From positions 152,387-216,386 of the forward strand of contig CAVZWL010000014.1 of the NCBI GenBank assembly GCA_963778945.1: a stretch of 64,000 bases of DNA, in the 5' to 3' direction. The first letter of the stretch is position 1. Every line of letters begins with the position of its first letter. The stretch is from Ignavibacteriota bacterium (GTDB lineage: Bacteria; Bacteroidota; Ignavibacteria; UBA10030). The notes beneath the pieces were generated by a model. The model made no database searches and was not told the origin of the DNA. It saw nothing but the letters and a program-made list of their open reading frames with translations. Position numbers and translations under genes: made by a program. Shown piece after piece: positions 32,281 to 41,233 of this stretch.

Positions 32281-33120
32281 TGAAAATCCTTGTGCCCAGT
32301 TTTGATCCTATAAAATCACATTGTGAAATCTGCAGATCCCATGAGATTTTCCTTCATGCAATTGACTATAAAGGGATTCGGGTTTATCGTGCAGCAACTG
32401 CAAAGTGCAGTTTATGAACCCTCAGTATTCTGATCTTCACCTCAAGAAATATTATTCCGATTTTACTTTCGAGGAACCTGAATGGGATGAAGCTCATCTG
32501 ACGCTCACGGTTACTATCTTTCACTCATCGAACGATACACTCCAAACAAAGGCCACATTCTGGATATCGGTGCCGGAAAGGGACATTGTCTTATCGCCGC
32601 CAGACAGCGAGGCTGGAATCCGATCGGATACGATGTCGATGAAAAATCCGAAATTCATATCAGCAAGAAAATCGGCATTGATATCCTCTGCGGTGATTTT
32701 GTTAAAATTCCCTGGGAACGCGAATCTTTCGATGCAGTCTATATGCATCAGGTCATCGAACATTTAAAATCGCCTGTTCCATATCTCGAGATTATTTATT
32801 CCATACTCAAAAAGGATGGAATTCTCTTCGTTGCACAGCCGAATATCGAATCTCTTTCAATCGTGGTCAAGCGCTGCCTGGAGAAGATCGGTTTGAGGAA
32901 AAAAAACATCGGTGCCTACTACGGCACGGAAGGACATCTTTGTATGATACTCCTCAGACTCTTGCATTTCCTTCGTAAATTTGGATTTCAAGTTCTCTAC
33001 ACGAGAAGCTGTCACAAGGTAAGGCCTCATCAATCTGCGCTAAAACGATTCTTCCTTCGAAACGTTATCGAGGTAGTTCCATGGAAATCGACCTTCCTTG
33101 TCGTCGCTCGCAAAATATAA
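32281..33120 (+). pseudogene. Class I SAM-dependent methyltransferase with an N-terminal Cys-rich region, at least 3 frameshifts
   Basis: Hand translation gives MKILVPSFDPIKSHCEICRSHE.., then ..GHILDIGAGKGHCLIAARQRGWNPIGYDVDE.. (SAM motif I), then ..FDAVYMHQVIEHLKSPVPYLEIIYSILKKDGILFV.., then ..FLRKFGFQVLY..FLVVARKI*. Confidence 0.6.
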
Positions 33121-33542
33121 TATTCCAGGCTGGGGGGGGCAAAAAAAGACATCCTCGAATTGCCGCAATCAATGATTTTCCCCTTCCCTCGATACCGCCT
33201 AAAAAGAATATATCTCTTCCAGCAGCTTCTCGATCAATTTTACGCGAAGTCCCTGCAGCCGATTACATTAGACTGCCGGAAGAATGGATGTGTACAATTC
33301 GAAAATATTCGCTTTTACACTTCCCTGTAACATCATTCGGCTTTGACTTCAAATTTATTTTTTTTCAAAATAAATCGATTGAAGAGATCGGGAAATCGAT
33401 CCACCCTATGATAGCCCACATTTACGGATCGGCTGTGTGAAGAATGATCAGAACCCATCATTCATTTCCCTCATATTCCTGTATTTCCCTTGGCCGTATC
33501 TATTCAATCACATTGCTCCGACCGCTTACTTCCCTCGATGTC

Positions 33543-34221
33543 TCATCGAACCCCTTCGATGACTACGACAAATTCACCTTTGCGATTGTCCTTGAGGAAC
33601 TCTTCATAGAGTTTGGGCGCCTTGCCGTAATAGAATTTTTCCGTGGGCATGGTGAGATCAAAACCGACACAAATCTTTCTCTCCTGCCCATACACATCTG
33701 CAATATCACGCAGCAACTGGACCAGTCGATACGGTGTGTCCATGACAACAACTGTCCTTTTTTCTTTTTTCAATTCTTTTAATTCTGCAATACGCCGTTC
33801 CCGCTTTGGAGAAAGGAACCCATGAAAAACGAAACGATCAATGGCAAATCCGGAAGTAATGAGCGCAGGCATAAGCGATGAGGCGCCGGGTATCGGCACA
33901 ATACGAATACCCGCTTGAATAGCGCGATGTACGAGTTCCTTTCCTGGATCCGAAAATACCGGTGTCCCCGCATCGGAGATGAGTGCAACCGATTTCCCCT
34001 CCTGCAGTAAGCCGATGATAATAGAGCTAATCGCAATTTCATTGTGTTCATTTAATTCTTCAATCGGTTTTTCGATCTGGTAATGATGGAGGAGGCTTCA
34101 ATCCTTCTTTACGTTCTTCACACACGACAACGTCGATTTCTTTGAGAATTTTTAAAGCCCGAAGAGTTATATCTTCATAATTGCCAATCGGTGTAGCCAC
34201 AAGATAAAGGAGACCAATCAT
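33543..34221 (-). CDS. rsmI: 16S rRNA (cytidine1402-2'-O)-methyltransferase, one frameshift near 34100
   Basis: [35 protein letters not shown].. then ..[41 protein letters not shown].. (hand translation). The ORF track shows only the part after an internal GTG. Confidence 0.85.
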
Positions 34222-34227
34222 ATCTGT

Positions 34228-35532
34228 CTATCGTTTTATTCCGCCGTGAACCGGGGTTATTCCGTTTTTCCGGCGGGTCTCCCAGTCCCGAACGAACAGA
34301 ACAATCAAAGCCGATGTAGGCACAGCGATTAAGAGGCCGACAACTCCGAGAAAATACATGAAAACCAGCAACGAGAGAATAAGCAGAAGCGGATGCAGTC
34401 CCACTTTATTGCCGACAATTTTCGGAGAAAGAAATACTACCTCGAGAATGTGAAGAAAACCGATCGAGCCGACTGCAAATGCCAGTTTTAGCAGAGCCGG
34501 CGGATCGCTGAAAAGTGCAGATATGGATGAGAGAAAGAGAATAGCTCCCAGGCCAAAATAGGGAATAAGATCGAATACAGCGCCAAGCAGGCCGAGCAGT
34601 AAAGCATACTTGATGCCAATGATGGAAAAAAGAATTGCAATGATAGTACCCTGAACACAGGCGACAAGCAGCACTCCTCTGAGATAATGTCCTACAAGTT
34701 CGTCTGCTTGAGCCATAAGATCGGCTATTCTGTCACGGTTATGACGCGGGAAAAGCATTTTGAACCTGTGCGTAATTTTATGGAAATCGGTAAGAAAATA
34801 AAACGTCAGGAAAGGAATGATGGCAATGTAGAAAATCTGAGTAATAAATCCGCTGATGCTGCTCATCACCGTACCAAGACCAGCTAACACAGCTTTGAGG
34901 ATATCTTCAAAACGCGGCGTCAAATGGCTTGCGAATGAATTGCGCAATTCCGTCGAACTAATGCCGTATCGTTCCAAGATGACCACAAGTTTGCTGTTCC
35001 ATAACGCATCGCTGTATTCATTCGTCAGCTTTGCAAGTGATTCCAGCACCCCTTCAAACTGAGTTAATGCCAGAGGAAGCACAAAAAATATGATCAAAGT
35101 AATTCCCGAAAGAAACAGCAGTATAATAACCAAGGAACTCACCCAGCGCGCTATTTTCCTCTGCGTCAGCCAATCGACGACCGGATTGAGCGTGTATGCA
35201 AAAATGAAAGAAACAAGAAAGGGAACGAGAATAGGCGAGATTGAGTCGATAAACCACAATGCAAACAGCACAATACCGAGCCACATTAAATTGCGCGCCA
35301 GAATATATCGGCGCAAGGGATAGAGAAGAAACAAAAGTGCGCCGAGAACGAGAAAAGGAGAAACGATCGAATGGATCGTATAGATAAGCACAAGGAGCAA
35401 GAGAACCCCCCCCACGAGCAGCACGATCTCGATCCTGCCGAGTGAAGCAAAGACGGAATCCCACTTCAAATCCTTAAGCTGATCCTCCTCTGCCGCCCTC
35501 TCTATCCCCTTCTTAGGTTTCTTTGCGGACAT
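34228..35532 (-). CDS. AI-2E family transporter (PerM/UPF0118-type permease)
   Basis: Intact 434-aa polytopic membrane protein with ..LLGAVFDLIPYFG.. and a topology typical of the family. Confidence 0.75.
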   Translation of the reverse strand: MSAKKPKKGIERAAEEDQLKDLKWDSVFASLGRIEIVLLVGGVLLLLVLIYTIHSIVSPFLVLGALLFLLYPLRRYILARNLMWLGIVLFALWFIDSISPILVPFLVSFIFAYTLNPVVDWLTQRKIARWVSSLVIILLFLSGITLIIFFVLPLALTQFEGVLESLAKLTNEYSDALWNSKLVVILERYGISSTELRNSFASHLTPRFEDILKAVLAGLGTVMSSISGFITQIFYIAIIPFLTFYFLTDFHKITHRFKMLFPRHNRDRIADLMAQADELVGHYLRGVLLVACVQGTIIAILFSIIGIKYALLLGLLGAVFDLIPYFGLGAILFLSSISALFSDPPALLKLAFAVGSIGFLHILEVVFLSPKIVGNKVGLHPLLLILSLLVFMYFLGVVGLLIAVPTSALIVLFVRDWETRRKNGITPVHGGIKR

Positions 35533-36003
35533 TTATCGTATCTCCTTGGCAGCGATTCCGGAATGGCCAAACCCCCCCGCACCTCGCTGTGATTCATTCA
35601 ATGTTTCCGTTTCCTTCCAAGTCACTCTGCTGTAACGTGCGATAACCATCTGCGCAATGCGGTCGCCTCGGCGAACGACAAATGGCTTTCTTCCGAAATT
35701 GGTTAAAATAATTTTTACCTCTCCGCGATAGTCGGAATCGATCGTTCCCGGAGCATTGAGAATACCGATTTGATGCTTCACCGCGAGTCCGCTGCGGGGA
35801 CGGATCTGTGCTTCAAATCCTTGCGGCAATTCCATGCTGAATCCGGCAGGGATCAGAACTGTTTCACCCGGCGGAATATCCATAACTTCCTTGACATCAG
35901 CACAGACATCCATACCGGCAGAACCCTCTGTTGCATAGGAAGGCAGCGGAAGGTCCGTCTGTTCCGGGTTCGTTCGCATAATTTTTACAACCACATTTTC
36001 CAT
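35533..36003 (-). CDS. dut: dUTP diphosphatase
   Basis: ..[49 protein letters not shown]. Confidence 0.9.
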   Translation of the reverse strand: MENVVVKIMRTNPEQTDLPLPSYATEGSAGMDVCADVKEVMDIPPGETVLIPAGFSMELPQGFEAQIRPRSGLAVKHQIGILNAPGTIDSDYRGEVKIILTNFGRKPFVVRRGDRIAQMVIARYSRVTWKETETLNESQRGAGGFGHSGIAAKEIR

Positions 36004-36080
36004 GAAAACCTATCCTTTTTCGGAAACGCCTGACCAAATGAATCTCGGCTTTTTCGATTACCGAAAATAAAACTTCTTCC

Positions 36081-37391
36081 TTAAAATTGGTAAACGAAAC
36101 TCACTTTCGGCTCAATTCGTTTCTGAGATACATATTCACCATTGAGCAGCGTCCATGTCCATTGATAGACGGTCGATACAATCATAAACGATACAGGCTT
36201 GTATCCGACTTCTGCGTAGAGAAGAGAGTTTTCATCAAGAGTAAAGAAACTGCCTATATTTTTTTTATCATAGCCGCCGTTGAGTACTACCGAGGGTATC
36301 ACATCCGGAATATCGAGCACAGCGTGGAAGAAACCGGCATTCTTGACACCGACAGGCGCTTGATAATTGCCTATAATTTTGAACGTATTCAAGATACCGA
36401 TAACGAGCGAGCCGTAATTACCCTGATTTTTCGTAACAGTTGTAAGCGAATCGGCTTTGCTTCTAAAAGAATTGCCTACAACCGTGAACCTGTCCAGCTC
36501 ATACAAAGCATTGAAGTAAGAAGGAATAAACTGATCGCCGTTAAACTGCCGTTCGTACTTCGCGTTTACGGTCATCAAACCCATTCCCGAAAAACGGAAA
36601 TCAATTCCCACGGCTGCCCCGTTCCCATAATTGACGATCTTTGCGTAGTCGAAAAAAAGCGTCGATTTCACGGTCTTGTATGCCAGAAGAGGCAATCCAG
36701 CATCGAAACCGTAGATGGACATTGCGTTGCCTATTAAAATATTGCCGTTCGACGGGTCTACCGCAACATCTGCATTCTGCGCACGATCGGTGACATAGGT
36801 CGCACCGATTTCAAAATTATTGACAACAGGAATTTTTTCGAGAGTGGTCAATTTCAGCGGCTTGACATATCCACGCACGCCTGTAATTCCGGCGTGGGCA
36901 AGATCGCTGGTCATCGATTCGATTCCAAACTGATTGAAATTCAGATCAAGTTCCATTCCGGTTTTTCGTAAATCGTAGCTGGAGGAATTCTGATATCCTT
37001 CCATGATAAAACCGTGTCCCAATAATGCATTATCCAATTCTCCGACGCGAACATATAAAGGGGCTCCCTTCTGTGCCCAGCGTGCGTAACGTATGAGCCT
37101 AAGATAATCCGAGAATGAATTATAGTCGGGTCTCAATTTTCCATTGGAGTCGAATCGAAGGTTGACATCCAAACCGATCCCGAAATTACCGAATGCAACC
37201 TCGGGTTCAAAATTGACAAGGTAGTATGCCTGGCCGTCTATGAATGTAGCTCCAAGACCTACCGGAACAACACCGCTGCTCGCTGCAGCTGCCGCAGCTT
37301 GTTCCTGCGGCTGGGCAATGGTGACTCCAGCCTGCAGCAACAGGCAGGCGACTACATATATCATCGTTCGCTGCATTTTCATTTTTTTCAT
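36081..37391 (-). CDS. Putative outer-membrane beta-barrel protein, family not recognised
   Basis: Signal peptide MKKMKMQRTMIYVVACLLLQAGVTIAQP. There is an alternating aromatic/polar beta-strand pattern, and the terminal residues are ..VSFVYQF (the C-terminal Phe typical of OMPs). Confidence 0.5.
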   Translation of the reverse strand: MKKMKMQRTMIYVVACLLLQAGVTIAQPQEQAAAAAASSGVVPVGLGATFIDGQAYYLVNFEPEVAFGNFGIGLDVNLRFDSNGKLRPDYNSFSDYLRLIRYARWAQKGAPLYVRVGELDNALLGHGFIMEGYQNSSSYDLRKTGMELDLNFNQFGIESMTSDLAHAGITGVRGYVKPLKLTTLEKIPVVNNFEIGATYVTDRAQNADVAVDPSNGNILIGNAMSIYGFDAGLPLLAYKTVKSTLFFDYAKIVNYGNGAAVGIDFRFSGMGLMTVNAKYERQFNGDQFIPSYFNALYELDRFTVVGNSFRSKADSLTTVTKNQGNYGSLVIGILNTFKIIGNYQAPVGVKNAGFFHAVLDIPDVIPSVVLNGGYDKKNIGSFFTLDENSLLYAEVGYKPVSFMIVSTVYQWTWTLLNGEYVSQKRIEPKVSFVYQF

Positions 37392-37404
37392 CCTTTATAA
37401 TTGG

Positions 37405-37953
37405 TTAAACAGCAAATAGAATCCTGCATATAAACAATGCTCCCAGCATACCGAAGAGATCTGCAATAAGACCGGCCGGAACAGCATGCCGTGTATTTTT
37501 AATTTGAACAGCGCCGAAATAGACGGCAAGGACATAAAAAGTCGTTTCCGAGCTTCCGTACATCGTAGACGCAAGAACGCCGATAAAAGAATCCGGTCCG
37601 TGTACTTTCATCAATTCCGCCATAATACCGAGCGATCCGCTTCCGGAAAGAGGGCGCATCAACGCCATTGGCAGCGCTTCTGCCGGAAGTCCTATAATGT
37701 TTGTGACAGGAGAAATCGCCTTAACCAGCAGATCCATAGCTCCACTCGCTCGAAACATACCTATTGCAAATAACATCGCTACAAGATACGGAATAATCCG
37801 TACCGCTGTTGCAAATCCTTCTTTTGCGCCTTCGATAAAGGATTCATATACTTTGACTTTCCTAACCGCGCCCCATACAAGAAAGATAAGAATCATCAGC
37901 GGAATAGCTGTGACAGCGATCAGGTTTATGATATTTTTGAAAAATTCAATCAT
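37405..37953 (-). CDS. Nucleoside-recognition (Gate) domain membrane protein, SpmB-like
   Basis: 182-aa, 4-5 TM protein with ..MALMRPLSGSGSLGIM.. It is translationally coupled (ATGA overlap) to the SpmA-like gene. Confidence 0.7.
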   Translation of the reverse strand: MIEFFKNIINLIAVTAIPLMILIFLVWGAVRKVKVYESFIEGAKEGFATAVRIIPYLVAMLFAIGMFRASGAMDLLVKAISPVTNIIGLPAEALPMALMRPLSGSGSLGIMAELMKVHGPDSFIGVLASTMYGSSETTFYVLAVYFGAVQIKNTRHAVPAGLIADLFGMLGALFICRILFAV

Positions 37954-38945
37954 TGTCTTCCGCTGTCGTTTATTTCTTTCTTTTCTTTATCGATTCTGTA
38001 ACGCGGCAGTTTTTGAAGGAATTTCGATGCTGTCACACCTGCAACAGTCGCACACAATGCGCCGAAAATCGATGTACCGATAATGATCCCGGGATTTGCC
38101 GAACCCGATGCAGCCCGAACGGCAATAGCCGTAGCAGGAATAAGAATCAGTCCACCCGTATTGATAGCAAGAAATGTCACCATTGCGTTGGTCGCAGTGC
38201 CTGGCTTCGTATTGAGCGAATTTAACTCTTCCATCGCCTTGAGACCCAGCGGAGTTGCGGCATTATTAAGCCCGAGCATATTTGCCGCCACATTCATAAT
38301 GATGGAACCGATTGCCGGATGATCCGGCGGGATATCCGGAAATATTTTTTTTGTAAGCGGCGCAAGCATTTTCGAAAGCAACTGCACAAGTCCTGCCTCT
38401 TCCGCAATTTTTATCAATCCCAGCCATAAAGCCATCACACCAACCAGCGCCAGCGCTATTTCGACTGCAGTCGCAGCAAAATCAATCGCGGCTTGCGTCA
38501 CTGCACGAAGTTTCACAAAGTGGATCGGCTCAAAAATGATTTCGGCGAGTGCGTTTTTTTTATCTTCAGCGAATTGAAGCGAAACAATATGTCCGGGAAG
38601 TTCCCCCTTTGACGAACCGCTTTTCGCCATGGCCTGCCAGATGATCGGAGAAGATTCTGATAGGACAAGCACTGCTTTTCCATTGGACGAGACGAAAGCA
38701 GGCTGTTTCACCGTATCGTTTTGACTGCTTCGATCTGCAATACCGTAGAATTTTCTCAATACCGCTCCTGAGATAATCAGATCTCCTTCTGCCTTTGCTG
38801 TTCCAGTGCAGATTTCTTTTGAACGGAAAGAAATCTGCAGGGGCAAACCGTTCCTGTACGTATTGTTCAGTTCATCGTACAAATCGTTTCCTGCCGCTGC
38901 AAGCAAAGCTAGAACAATGAGCATCCACCAGATATGATTCAACAT
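37950..38945 (-). CDS. Nucleoside-recognition (Gate) domain membrane protein, SpmA-like, with a roughly 125-aa insertion after TM1
   Basis: ..ALALVGVMALWLGLIKIAEEAGL..NMLGLNNAATPLGLKAMEEL..AINTGGLILIP.. The segment at about residues 20-145 is non-membrane and has no family that I recognise. Confidence 0.65.
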   Translation of the reverse strand: MLNHIWWMLIVLALLAAAGNDLYDELNNTYRNGLPLQISFRSKEICTGTAKAEGDLIISGAVLRKFYGIADRSSQNDTVKQPAFVSSNGKAVLVLSESSPIIWQAMAKSGSSKGELPGHIVSLQFAEDKKNALAEIIFEPIHFVKLRAVTQAAIDFAATAVEIALALVGVMALWLGLIKIAEEAGLVQLLSKMLAPLTKKIFPDIPPDHPAIGSIIMNVAANMLGLNNAATPLGLKAMEELNSLNTKPGTATNAMVTFLAINTGGLILIPATAIAVRAASGSANPGIIIGTSIFGALCATVAGVTASKFLQKLPRYRIDKEKKEINDSGRQ

Positions 38946-39218
38946 ATAATTTTCACACTGCTGTTATTCCGCATACATGACGAGAGAGCGAATAAAGAGC
39001 AAACATGTCATCGTTGATTACAATATTGGTTTTTTCTTTGAAAAAGAAAAGGGCTTTGAGCGGAAAAAACGCGTGCGCATGTTGAGAGAACGAGAATTGC
39101 TTCTTGTCAAATACCACTCGTGTAAAATTGATTTTCGTCCCTCATTCCGATGAATAGTTTAACGGTAGTTCAACAGAAAGAACAAACTACATAAGAATAG
39201 ATGTCACTCTCAGATATC

Positions 39219-40313
39219 TTATACTGCTTTCCGAACATCATCAATACTGAGAATTTCATAAAGGGTTGTACGTTGAGAAGGCACAAAACCGGATTCGCGG
39301 ATGAGCGATCTGCATTCCTCGACGCTCGTCTTATTGACAAACTTTGCCGAAGCATGAACGTTTTCTTCCGCCAAAACCCCGCCGAAATCATCCGCTCCAA
39401 AGTGAAGCGATATCTGTCCGATTTTTTTCCCCTCGGAAAACCACGATCCCTGTATATGCCTGAAGTTATCGAGATAGATACGCGATATGGCAATCATTTG
39501 AAGATAACGCGCCGGCGAGGCATAGTGCGGTATAATTTTTTCCAGCGGTGTATTGCCGGGTTTGAACGACCACGGAATAAACGCTGTAAAGCCGCCTGTC
39601 TCGTCCTGTAGACAGCGTAAAGCCTCCAGGTGGGTCATAATATCCTCGTCGGTTTCCAGATGCCCGTACATCATCGTAGCGGTCGTTTTATACCCAATTC
39701 CATGCGCAATTCGCATAACTCGGAGCCAATCGGCAGAAGTTCCCTTTTTACTGCTGATTTTCTTTCGAACGCTGTCGGAGAGTATCTCCGCTCCGCCGCC
39801 CGGCAGGGAGCGCAGTCCTTTCCCCCATAATTTTTCCAATACGGTCTCAATGCTGAGGCCGGACACTTTCGACATGATTAAAATTTCAGAGGTCGAGAAG
39901 AAATGCGGAAATATCTGCGGAACCTCATTGATTGTCCGTTCGACAAGCTCAAGATAATAATCAAACGGCAAATCGGGATTCACGCCTCCCTGAAGAAGAA
40001 CGGTCGTCGTTCCATTCCGGGCCGCATCTTTGAATTTTTCGATCATGTAATCCACAGTATGGGTGTAGACGCCTTCTTCTCCTGGATGACGATAGAACGC
40101 ACAGAAAATACAATCGACGGTGCAGACATTCGTATAATTCGGATTTGTATCAAGCACGTACGTCACATACGGTTTCGCGTTATTTCTAAAACGAATCTCG
40201 TTCGCCAAACCGCCAAGATCGAGTAATTCCGCATTGCGGAGAAGAAAGACTCCTTCATCTTTTGTAATCCGAACATTCTCTCGAATTTTTTTGGATATTT
40301 CTGCAACCGTCAT
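39219..40313 (-). CDS. mqnC: Radical-SAM futalosine-pathway enzyme, best read as cyclic dehypoxanthine-futalosine synthase MqnC
   Basis: Intact 364 aa with ..NPNYTNVCTVDCIFCAFYR (CxxxCxxC) ..LPGGGAEIL..TTATMMYGHLETDEDIMTHLEALRCLQDETGGFTAFIPWSFKPGNT. I recall the AFIPW pattern as MqnC-like rather than MqnE-like. The MqnC versus MqnE choice is from memory. Confidence 0.7.
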   Translation of the reverse strand: MTVAEISKKIRENVRITKDEGVFLLRNAELLDLGGLANEIRFRNNAKPYVTYVLDTNPNYTNVCTVDCIFCAFYRHPGEEGVYTHTVDYMIEKFKDAARNGTTTVLLQGGVNPDLPFDYYLELVERTINEVPQIFPHFFSTSEILIMSKVSGLSIETVLEKLWGKGLRSLPGGGAEILSDSVRKKISSKKGTSADWLRVMRIAHGIGYKTTATMMYGHLETDEDIMTHLEALRCLQDETGGFTAFIPWSFKPGNTPLEKIIPHYASPARYLQMIAISRIYLDNFRHIQGSWFSEGKKIGQISLHFGADDFGGVLAEENVHASAKFVNKTSVEECRSLIRESGFVPSQRTTLYEILSIDDVRKAV

Positions 40314-40431
40314 AGATTTACCTCAAGAGAACATATTGAGATGTGCAAGAGGGCTCATTCTTTTTCCCTCGAAGGAGAGATGAGAAAAATAAATGCACCC
40401 GTTTTCCATATCCCAAATTTTGTATTCTGTA

Positions 40432-41229
40432 CTAAATATTTACAGTATACCCTGCCGCCTTTAATTCTTTCATCAATTCAAATCCGGCTTCTTCCAGTTT
40501 GACCACAATCCGCTTAACACTCACACCCGGTATGTTGTCTGGAAAACTCACGTCCGATTTGCATAATATGCAGACATGGCCCGCTCCCAATTTCCCAACC
40601 AAATGGCCTATTTCAAACATCGCATAACCCAGATCGTCTTCGTTCAGAACAAAATAGGCGAATCGTATATCGGCACTTTCCTGAAAGGCATTAAACGAAA
40701 TCATCGTCCCATGTTGTCTTTCTATCAGAACCTCTTCAATTCCAATTTCCAACAAAAAATGCGCCAGCTGGATGTAGAGCGGACTGCTTTTCTCTCCGAT
40801 AATATAAACAGTGCGCGCAACAGCAGCGGCCGCTTGCGTTTTTTCGGTCTTGGGCGGAGGCTTTAGCACGCGGACACCCTCCGAAACGTTTTGTGCTGAA
40901 TGCTGGTTCTCCCGCGATTCCTGTCCGTCTGCAGTTGTCATCTCCGGAGAGGATTTAAGTTTAACATACAATTCATTGATCGAATGAAGGATCAGAAGTG
41001 CAGATACCTGAAAAAAATTGGATCCATTTTTATCGCCTAATATTTTGTTTTTATAGGGGATTCCGATAGGACCGGAGAGTTCCAGAATTTCGAGGCATGC
41101 TTTTCGCCACCCCAAATATGTATTTTGGAGGCGTGCATTATATCCGGAAAAATCAAATCCTCCCTGGGGGGCAAGTCTGCCCCCTGCCTCAATAAGCTCC
41201 TCAAATCTTTTAAGAATATGCTCGGACAT
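40432..41229 (-). CDS. TIR-like (Cap12/PycTIR-type, COG4271-like) domain protein with an unassigned helical N-terminal domain
   Basis: Intact 265-aa ORF. The C-terminal roughly 125 aa read TVYIIGEKSSPLYIQLAHFLLEIGIEEVLIERQ..IRFAYFVLNEDDLGYAMFEIGHLVGKLGAGHVCILCKSDVSFPDNIPGVSVKRIV..ELKAAGYTVNI. This follows the pattern I recall for the TIR-like domain (..FAivLlTpDD..FElGyfiGkLGr.rVc.L....lPSDi.Gv..). The N-terminal roughly 95 aa are helical, followed by a P/Q/A-rich linker. The ATG is 4 nt after the mqnE-mqnA stop. Confidence 0.65.
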   Translation of the reverse strand: MSEHILKRFEELIEAGGRLAPQGGFDFSGYNARLQNTYLGWRKACLEILELSGPIGIPYKNKILGDKNGSNFFQVSALLILHSINELYVKLKSSPEMTTADGQESRENQHSAQNVSEGVRVLKPPPKTEKTQAAAAVARTVYIIGEKSSPLYIQLAHFLLEIGIEEVLIERQHGTMISFNAFQESADIRFAYFVLNEDDLGYAMFEIGHLVGKLGAGHVCILCKSDVSFPDNIPGVSVKRIVVKLEEAGFELMKELKAAGYTVNI

Positions 41230-41233
41230 GTCT

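Noticed and set aside
36087-36737. 216-aa plus-strand ORF
   Set aside because: It is antisense to the 436-aa OMP gene, which has a signal peptide and a C-terminal Phe. No motif supports the plus-strand ORF.
39170-39611. Overlapping 107-aa (minus) and 136-aa (plus) ORFs at the 3' end of mqnC
   Set aside because: Both overlap the intact, motif-rich mqnC reading frame or its downstream spacer, and neither shows protein-like features.
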